From assembly GCF_006345805.1 (NCBI RefSeq), contig NC_043000.1, forward strand, positions 52,204,001 through 52,268,000: a DNA stretch of 64,000 nt. Direction: 5' to 3'. Positions 54,382 to 64,000 of this stretch are shown piece after piece; position 1 is the stretch's first letter, and every line of letters begins with the position of its first letter. The position numbers were made by a program, and so were the translations under genes. Source of the DNA: Octopus sinensis (lineage: Eukaryota). Below the pieces are notes generated by a model, which ran no database searches, had not been told where the DNA came from, and worked only from the letters and a program-made list of their open reading frames with translations.

Positions 54382-56049
54382 GTTATCATTTCCATATTGA
54401 TCATTATTATCGAGCGAATGAAGGTTAATCTATATTGCCAGTTGATATTCGAGGAATTGTATTTAAATTTTTTCCACCCTACTAACTCCACAAAATTGAA
54501 ACGGCATACTTGTGATAATACATTCTGAAATATACTACAATGTGTGTCGAAACTGAAACCGAGTTTTGGAAAACCGCCCGCCAACAGAGCTAATGCAGTA
54601 TGCTCATGACTGCAGTACTACTCCTCAGTAACTTTGCCCCTCAAATTTATAAAAGTTATTTGACAATACGTTAGTTAATCATGAATCTAGTGTGAACGTA
54701 TGTTTAGTGCACATGGTCATTAGCTAAAAGTGAAACAGTTGCTACAAGTGAAACAACGTGTTATTTCAAAGAACTGAGTGTCTGTTTTACATTCGGAAAG
54801 TAGTCACCTTTCATGCATTGCAACAGGAGTATGGGTAGGATTGTTTGGTCTACATGCACTATCAAAAGGAGAACCAGCGTTTAAAATCGGGAAGTCCATT
54901 CTCTGAGAAAAATCCAAATATGTACGATTGCTTAAGAAAACGATCACTTAAAATATATCGGGGTGTGATCTCTCAGAATCTAAATGTCAGTGAAGTAGAA
55001 GATATCTGTGACAGGTTGATACACATTGATCTACGGCGCAAATTTCTCTGCTGATAAATGTTAGCACAAATGTTGCTGAAGAATAAGAAAACCAAAATTA
55101 CAACCCCTTAGACGATGGTTCATCGGTTGAATAATGATGGAAACTTTCTGAAAAGTAACATAACATGTAGCAAAGCCTAGATGCATACAACGACCCACGT
55201 TGCGACCGTAAAGTATAGAAGATTTGCTCAGATATGAAAATGATATTGATCAACATCTTTGGTTGTCTGCAAGAGTGTCATTCTCTAGGAATTCGTTCCT
55301 TGTAGTCAATTCATCAATAAATACTTGTACATGTATGTCTCATGGCGTAAGAGAGAGTCTGAGCGAGGAAGAGGCCTGTGATAGGGACAAACAAAACGTG
55401 GATGATTCAAGAACAGAAAACCAGAATTCTTTTTGGTGGTGGTGATTCTGGTGGCACTGGTGGTGGGTAACTACACTAATATTTTGCACTTCTTAAAATG
55501 AATTTATTTCAATAGCACCGAGTAGAAATGAATTACGACATTTCTGCGGGGTTATTCGAAATATTTTGCACCATGACTAAATATGATTTAGACATATTAA
55601 TAAATTACATTCGTTGAGAATGCTTTCATATGCCTCACTGTTGTTAAGCAGTCATGATGCGTGATATTCCATTTAACGGTATTCTACTTCATAAATTATT
55701 TTATGAATATACATTAGGCATTAATGAGATAGAGACTAGCTTAACAATTGTTCCTCCAATTCCCTTTAGAAATAAAATTGATAATATTTTATATCGGGGT
55801 TTGGTGTTCAGTAAGTGTAGTAATAAATTATTACTTTATATTCTGACAATCCACATCACGCCAACAAAAGGAAATTCATAAAACATTACTAATACCTTCA
55901 TTTCATCAAACGTCTGCCGTACGACTGAACATCAATGCATTGCTATAACGCACAATAAAGCGTGCGAAAAGAATAAAAAATCGAAATCAAAGTGGCCAAA
56001 CATATAACTGTCTATAATAGAAATGCCAATTGTGAGAGTGCCATTATGT

Positions 56050-56290
56050 ACGTATGTATTTGTATATGTATGTATGCATGCATGTATGTATGTATGTATG
56101 TTGTATGTATGTATGTATGTATGTATGTATGTATGTATGTATGTATGTATGTATATATGTATGTATGTATGTATTTATGTATGTGTGTGTATGTACGTAT
56201 GTATGTATGTGTACATGTATGTATGTGTATATATACGCGTGTATATAAATAGAGACACACATACACACACACATACATATATGTACATGC
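56050..56290. repeat. (TATG)n microsatellite
   Basis: Direct tandem repeats. Confidence 0.95.
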
Positions 56291-56902
56291 ATATTCACTA
56301 TATTTTTATTATTTTATTGTATTTTTTATTACATGTATTTTTGTTATTTAAATATTACTAGATGCATCTCTTTTTTATGACGCACACATACGCACATATA
56401 ATGCGAAAACAGATTTCAAGTATTAAAATATATGTGTATGTGTAAATGAGTGAATGAGTGAGTGAATGAGTGAGTGTTAGTGTGTTATATCTCCGGGCAT
56501 ATTGTATTTATGGCCGCCGGATCTACGTAGATATAAATGTATATCAACGCAATGCTTTTGTCGGCAAAATTGCAAAGAAGCTCGTATTTGTGTATGACGT
56601 TTTATATAGTCCAAAGCAGGTCCGAAACATCTACAAACGAATACATAAACATCAAGTGCTCGACTGATGGAAAACGATATTGAAAATAGAATTTAAAATT
56701 AACGTACGGAGAATAACAGTTTGCAATTATATCTGTAAATATTTCATAGTTATACCAAAAGGAATATTTTTGTACAAAGCGATATGCCAAGGCGGTAGGC
56801 CTTAGTAAAAGAGAAAACCCAAAATTTTGAGCGAAAAAATATATATGCAATGATATGATTCATTGAATGCAAGTTGCGCTTGTCAACAGATGGAATATAT
56901 AC

Positions 56903-56953
<51 letters not shown>

Positions 56954-56964
56954 GTATATATATG

Positions 56965-57021
<57 letters not shown>

Positions 57022-57448
57022 TGAGTAATTCATATGACTTACCATCTATCCAATCCAATTGCAAGCATTTATTTTGCGTCAACATTATGTAGTAAATAGT
57101 TCTCTGAAGAACCACACTCATCACCATTGTATTATAAATTCACCCTCGCTTGCAGAGGATACAGTTAGCTACAACGACTAAACATGTATAAGAAGCAAAT
57201 GGTATGAAATGCATTCCGTAGTTATTATACGTTATACATACATACATACATACATACATACATACATACATACATACATACATACCTACATACATAATAC
57301 AGGCAAACATACATACAGACATATGTATATATGTATATATGTGTATATATCGTTGTTTATTTAATGTATATATATATATATACGCACACACACAAACACA
57401 CATATATATATATATACACACACACACATATATATATACATACATACC

Positions 57449-57482
<34 letters not shown>

Positions 57483-57869
57483 CATACATAAATAAAAACA
57501 CATACAAATATTCACAAATATATACAATTCAACAGATGGATTTATTTTAATTTCAAGTGTCTCTCCGGTCTCCCCGTCATTGTAAATGTGATGACACTAC
57601 ATTTTCTCCTTTTATCGATACTCTCCAAATCATTTTCACTCTCACCTAACATTATTTTCCCTTTAACTATGAAATATATCCATAATTTAAATTTTAATGC
57701 TACTATTTATTATTTTAAATCTTAATATGGATTTCTATGATTCAAGCATTTTTTGTAGCTTATGCAAAACGAAATTTAATGAATTTGAATTCTATGTTTT
57801 TCATATGTCACCGTATATCATACTTCCTCATTCACATATAGTGACTTAAGATTGTGACTATAAGATTGC

Positions 57870-58330
57870 TACTCCTCGGTTGTGGAAGAATTTTATAAAT
57901 ATCGTAAAAGTATTTGGCCTAAATTTGACTGTTAAGACCAGCTTCACAATGGTTGACTTCCTGAGTATAACACTTAGGAGTGAGACAGATAAATGCCACT
58001 CATATAGAGAGTACAAGAAAGAATCTCTAAATATTCATAGAAAATTCAATAGTTTTTCTGCTCTAAGAAGAATCTAGGTACATTCATCACCAGAAAAATC
58101 TATCATCTGTGTGCGGCAAACATATTTGGAAGAGGGCGCACAAGAGATGATTATCATGTTAAGATAGTGCATATAATACATCTCCTAACCCGAAACACAA
58201 CCATAAAATTTGGATGTAGTAGGGTAATTCGCTTCAGTTCCCAACCGAACTTAGAAATTTCCACTAACGTACATGTAAGATTCCTAATGGTAACTAGACA
58301 ACATTTCACCAGGACTCTTAGATATATTAA
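57870..58330 (+). mobile_element. Penelope-like element RT/linker fragment, degenerate
   Basis: IVKVFGLNLTVKTSFTMVDFLSITLRSETDKCHSYREYKKESLNIHRKFN resembles PLE IFKSFGLKITIE.N...VNFLDVTL.L....Y.PYRK.N..P.YIH..SNH. SRVIRFSSQPNLEISTNVHVRFL...QHF resembles RNIIWFNPP.S.NV.TNIG..FL....HF (recalled consensus). Confidence 0.7.
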
Positions 58331-58819
58331 ATCCCCTTTACTTTTACCAATTAACTGCCACGTTCGCTACCATTCTTTTATTGAACGTTGATATGTTCGC
58401 GTCTAATATATCAATATTTTAACCCACATTGATATGCGCAGGATTGCATTTAAAGACTTAGGCTCATGAATCTACGCAGGATTGCACCTAAGGACTCATG
58501 CGTTGGGTTCTAGAACTTCGGAAAGTTGAACTATGAACTTTTATGCTTCTTTTCTCTTCTCTCTTTCCATCTCCTTATTATTTTATTCCCTTCCACTGTT
58601 ATTATCTTATGGATATGTACCATTCTCATTTTCCATATTTTTTCCTCAATTTGTCTCAGATGACGGAACATCCCATACTCAGGGATATATATCCCAGAAA
58701 CAGGTGTAAGATTTTGAATTTCTTCCTGTAATAATATTGTATATGACATGAGATGTTTGCTTCGCCATAATGTTTGACGTCCTGTTTAACAATTATACAT
58801 ACTTACATATATACATACA

Positions 58820-58879
<60 letters not shown>

Positions 58880-60039
58880 TATATATATATATATATATGA
58901 AGGAAGAATGCATTAAATAACAATAAGTAAAAAACGTCAACGTAGGACAGAAACAGAAGGAACCTAATTTTCCATCGATTATCAACGGAGGCATTAAACT
59001 TAGTACTGCCATTCGGTTGATAACTTATGAAGAATTAGGGTCCTTCTGTGTCGTTCACCACGAGTATGCTTTTGTAGCTATCGTTGTTCATTTAATGTAT
59101 ATATCATTTGTTGCGTAACTGAATGCCACGCATGCTGACAAGAAAACTCCGAAGATGTTTAAGAATCGAACGCTGTATCTCTATTTTATCTTTTCTTACG
59201 ATGCATATTTGCAGAAAAGGTAAGCGACATCACTATCTAAGGTCACCGAATCAGTAAAAAAACTTTTGTTGTGAATCAATATATAGACTTGCACAGAAAT
59301 TAAAACGTACTAGTGCTTCTTTATTCCTTCTTATCGTACTGTTTAGAATGATTATTTTTACAGCGATTTCATGGCTGACAAAGATTATATACATATATTT
59401 TTTGCTTTACCTTACGTAGATACTATACACGGGTGCTCATTCAACATGAATATACGTATAAGTATTTTAGTTTGGTATTAATTCATTTTTAGATACTAAC
59501 ATCTATATATAAATTTTAGTAAGATTAGCTCCGCGTTTGAATGAATTTATGTTTGTCTTTACGTTTCAGTTGTTTTGCGTACGTGAGAATCTGACTATAA
59601 AAGTAAAGGTAAGTAGATCCGTTATATATAAATATAAACTTAGACTCTAGGACGTGGTTGTGACCGCACAGCTATAATTATCTTTACAGATACACACATA
59701 TATAAGTGTACGTATATATGCAAGAAATAACATCTGCAAATACGTAAGTACGTAAATGTGTGTGTGTGTGTTTAAGAACAAGTTTACGTATGTTTTAATG
59801 AATTTATATGTAGGTGTATGTATAATGCCTCTGTCACTGAGTATATATATGCATACATACATATATATATATATATATATAAGCAGTTTTATTGTTCTCC
59901 AGATGAAATATATTGTAGTTGTAAGCAAATGTGACATATAAACTAAAACTCACTGCTTTCAAAGACATTGAGTACTTTTCTATTTGCATGTTTGCCGTCA
60001 AATGCTGTAGGTGAATGATCAAGGTACCAAGGTCACTAT

Positions 60040-60079
60040 ATATATACAGTATATACATACATACATATATGCATATATA

Positions 60080-60150
<71 letters not shown>

Positions 60151-60271
60151 TATATTATGTGCGCATGTGTGTGTATGTTTGTATATATATATGTGTGTGT
60201 TTTGTACATCAGAGTATATTAAATATAGGTATATACTTAGACACACACACCAAAAACTGATGCGTGCATGC

Positions 60272-60342
<71 letters not shown>

Positions 60343-60620
60343 CCTACATAAATATAAGTATGCATGTACACATATGTGCAAATACACGCACATACGTAAA
60401 TAAATATATTTGTATGTACTCACACACACATGTATCTATGTATGTATGTGTATATATATACATACATATATTCGCATGTATATACATGCATATATACATG
60501 TATGTATATATATATATATATATTCACATATACACGCAGACATATCTATTTACATATGTATATATATCTATTTATTTATCTACATAAACATACTTACATA
60601 TTATATGCATACATATATCT
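60040..60620. repeat. (TA)n/(TACA)n-rich low-complexity tract
   Basis: Direct tandem repeats. Confidence 0.9.
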
Positions 60621-60772
60621 ATGGTAGTGTAATGAAATTTGAAGCAATATCTAAAATCTTAGAGTTTCTGTTGTCACCTTTAGTTCACAAAATATTTTCA
60701 AATTTCGATTATTATATTGCCACCATCGAAATTTCATACCTTAGACCTATAGGACATTTGACAGAGTAATTA

Positions 60773-60913
60773 TAAGGTTGCCCCAAAAGTTCGTAGAAAG
60801 TCTTGGAAAATAATGGTCTTTATTTTGAGGAATAATTTTTGTTGTTTTTGTTTTTACTTGGCGAGTAAAAATTCAATTTTCGCAAGTGTTTACGAACTTT
60901 TGGGACGACCTAA
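60773..60913. mobile_element. 141-bp mariner-type MITE
   Basis: TA|taaggttgccccaaaagttcgta ... tacgaacttttgggacgacctaa|TA; ~23-bp TIRs with TA duplication. Confidence 0.85.
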
Positions 60914-61428
60914 TATTACAATGCTCTTGAAGTATGGTTTATTTTCATATTTAAATTCTTAATGTTTACTAGACGTAATAACAGACACAGACATAGACAG
61001 ACATACAGACAGACAGACAGACTGAAAAACACAAACACAAACACAAGCACACACTCGCACAAATACGCACAAACACACACACGTAAACATGTTTTCCTGT
61101 GCGTGCGTGTGTACATGTCTATGTGTGTATTTGTGTGTGTGTGTGTGTGTATGTGCGTGCCTGTGTGTTAATGCATGTTTATGTATTGAGTCGAAGCCGA
61201 ACACTGACTTGAACGTATTTCGACGCCACACAGCGTTACAAAATATGTTACAAAACTTCTGCTTTGTAGACATAAATAAGAAGGTATACGCTTGACTATG
61301 TATTGAACACTTTCCGTCGTAAAATATAAAATATATCCTATATAATAGCTACACGGCATAGGGTAGCTCATTTAAGTTAATATTATTTACTTTTCAAAGC
61401 TCTCATTTACCCAGACACATGTATACAC

Positions 61429-63342
61429 TTGAGTGTGGCCGTTTATATATATATAAAATACATATTAAAATATTCCCACACACAACATCCACATTCAACA
61501 ACAATGAAAAGGCTAGAGCTGGAAAAACTTCATCTGCAGACCGACATCAAAACCTCCATTGAAAATGAAAGAGCTGTGGAGGAACAGTGGGTAATCAAAA
61601 ACATCAAACAGAACCCAAAACTGTTCTAGTCTTATGCAAATAAGCATAGAACCACTGTCTCACCCATTGGGCCATTGATTGATGATAACGGCATTCCCCA
61701 ACACGATGCTAAAGAAATGGCAGAAATACTGCAGAAACAATACCGCTCCTTCTTTAGAGTTCCCACTGATATTGACGTAAGAGAAGCGAACGAAATTGAC
61801 TCCCAACATAAAATCTCAGACATAACCTTCACTGCCACTGACATCGTAGCAGCAATAAATGAGGTCAAATACTACTCTGCTGTAGGCCCTGATAGATTCC
61901 CCGCTAGTCTCCTGAAGGAATGTAGACACCAACTTGCAGTCCCTCTGACCAACCTCTGGAGAAATTTGTTAGACGCAGGTTATATACCGAAACAGTTTCT
62001 ATCCCAGTCGGTCATCCCGGTTTTCAAACAGGGAAACAGATCCCTCGCAGTCAACTATCACCCAATCTCACTCACCTCCCACATCATTAAAGTGTTTGAA
62101 AGAGTGTTAAGATCAAGGATAGCTGACTTCCTGGATACCCACAAACTCCTAAATGCAAATCAGTATGGCTTTCGCTGTGGCAGGGACTGTCTAACACAGC
62201 TCTTACACCACATTGAAGATGTACTCAAAGCCTTGGGAACAGGTTCGAACTCTGACGTAATATATCTTGACTTCAGTAAAGCGTTCGACAGGGTAGACCA
62301 TAATATCCTACTCTCAAAATTGGCAAATGTTGGAATCCGTGGAAAATTTCTACACTGGATTAAATATTTCCTGGCGAATAGAACACAACATGTTATAGTT
62401 GATGGAGTCCACTCAAGCCCAGCAAAAGTCTTGGGTCCGCTACTCTTCATAATTTACATAAACGACCTTTCCAGTGTCGTACATTACTGCAAAGTGAAAA
62501 TATTTGCTGATGACACTAAGCTCCAGCAAATCGTCAATGAAGAAGTAGATAGAACTCAACTCTAATCTGATCTATATGCTGTGAGTCAATGGGCAGACAG
62601 AAACAAAATGCAACTGAATGAGGGAAAATTTGAGCTGATGCATTTTGGAAGAAATTCCTCACTAAAACAGCCATACTCTCTTCCTTCAGGGGAACCGCTC
62701 ACAGCCTCTAACAACATCAGAGACCTGGGTGCAATTGTTGATGACGATCTCAGTTGGAGTGCACACATCAACAAGATGGTCGATATAGCTCGTAGGATGA
62801 GTTCCTGGTTCTTAAGAACTTTCCGGTCCAGAGAACAAGGTGTCATCATACCACTTTTCTCCTCCTTAGTACGGCCACACCTCGAATACTGCTGTCCACT
62901 GTGGTCTCCCCATACAAGACAAAACATCTCCAGGATTGAGTTACCCCAGAGAGCACTCACTAAACGAATTGAAGGCATGGCTGCTCTCGATTATTGGGAT
63001 CGCCTTAAAGCCTTGAAACTTTACTCTCTCCAGCATCGCCGTGAGCGGTACATCATTTGTACGATGTGGAGAATATACCACCAACGTTGCCCAAACGACC
63101 TTAACATTAGCTTCAAGGTTCATCCAAGACTTGGACCACAGGCCATACGTCCTCTGCCCAATTCAAGATCACAGCATACATGTACACTGCAACATAATTT
63201 CTTTTCCTCAACAGACCCTGCCCTATTTAACATTGTCCCGAGGGAGATCAAAGAAGAAACGGATCCCATCAACTTTAAACGGAGTCTGGATAGATTCTTT
63301 CAAAGAATACCAGACAAGCCACCCATAATTGGATACAACTAA
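61429..63342 (+). pseudogene. CR1 ORF2 reverse transcriptase, disrupted
   Basis: One frame with in-frame stops at 61627-61629 and 62563-62565. Motifs NYHPISLTSHIIKVFER, NQYGFR, YLDFSKAFDRVDH, LGPLLFIIYIND, FADDTKL, RDLG, RPHLEYCCPLWSP. Confidence 0.95.
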
Positions 63343-63485
63343 CCCAACAAGAACTCACTACTTGAATGGACCATAAACAAAACTTGACTTAAACAGGATT
63401 CGAATAATCCTATCAGGTGGTGCTATTAAGTTAGACATGGCCTGGACCAATCTTTGGTCGAAATATTATAAGTTTTATCTAAGTT
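61430..63485 (+). mobile_element. 5'-truncated CR1-clade LINE with 3' UTR and ctaagtt tail
   Basis: RT ORF2, 3' UTR hairpin gacca-atctt-tggtc, ends into (TA)n. Confidence 0.95.
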
Positions 63486-63486
63486 A

Positions 63487-63558
<72 letters not shown>

Positions 63559-63607
63559 ATATTGTATATATATAATATATTATATATATATATTATATAT
63601 ATATATC

Positions 63608-63650
<43 letters not shown>

Positions 63651-63694
63651 CACACATAATATATATATATACATATATATATATATAATATATA

Positions 63695-63773
63695 CACATA
63701 TAACTTAGAATAACTAGAAGGGTTTTGCCCAGTATTGGCTCAAACCATGTCTAACTTAATAGTACCACCTGGC
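63695..63773 (-). mobile_element. Short second CR1 3'-end copy in opposite orientation
   Basis: 63745-63771 is the reverse complement of 63414-63440 (26/27 identical); aacttag tail at 63702-63708. Confidence 0.85.
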
Positions 63774-63922
63774 AAACATACACACAACACATAGATATAT
63801 ATATGTATATGTATATTATATATATATATAATATATATATATTATATATATATATATATATACATAACATATATATATAGAATATATACGTATATGTATA
63901 TATACATATACATATATAGATA

Positions 63923-63955
<33 letters not shown>

Positions 63956-64000
63956 GTACATATATATCTAAATATGCATGCATGTATATGATTTTATATG

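Noticed and set aside
54570-54630. Minus-strand CTGAGGA followed by a 6-bp pairable stem
   Set aside because: No GAAA, stem III or NUH follows; the same applies to 50601 (minus) and 35058 (minus)
54750-55440. Ancient RTE-like RT remnant on the plus strand
   Set aside because: Suggestive IN..KTK-like stretch only; cannot be aligned by eye
63430-63475. CR1 3' hairpin followed by gaaa as a hammerhead
   Set aside because: No CUGANGA before the stem; consistent with an ordinary LINE 3' recognition stem-loop

Overview
AT-rich, microsatellite-saturated eukaryotic genomic DNA. The SINE families and repeat landscape look like an octopus (coleoid cephalopod) genome; that assignment rests on recalled repeat families, not a database search. 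I found no supportable host protein-coding exon. Every long ORF is either transposon-derived or a simple-repeat artefact. Recognisable elements: two mariner remnants, an IR/DR-type Tc1 element, a DD37D (maT) element with a nested RTE, a mariner MITE, an internally deleted Helitron with both termini and a Pif1-like helicase, a non-autonomous Helitron, CR1, RTE, Dong/R4 and Penelope fragments, and about 14 tRNA-derived SINE copies. The most notable signal is RNA-level: at least five sequence-unrelated minimal type-I hammerhead ribozyme (HHR) motifs with palindromic stem III, as known from Penelope-like elements and retrozymes. They lie at 2777 (at the apex of a ~260-bp foldback), 15671 and 38006 (inside a tRNA-headed SINE), 38952 (minus strand), 50061 and 53444. 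A Penelope RT fragment at ~57.9 kb is a candidate mobilising partner. All structures were folded by eye; none was computed or tested.
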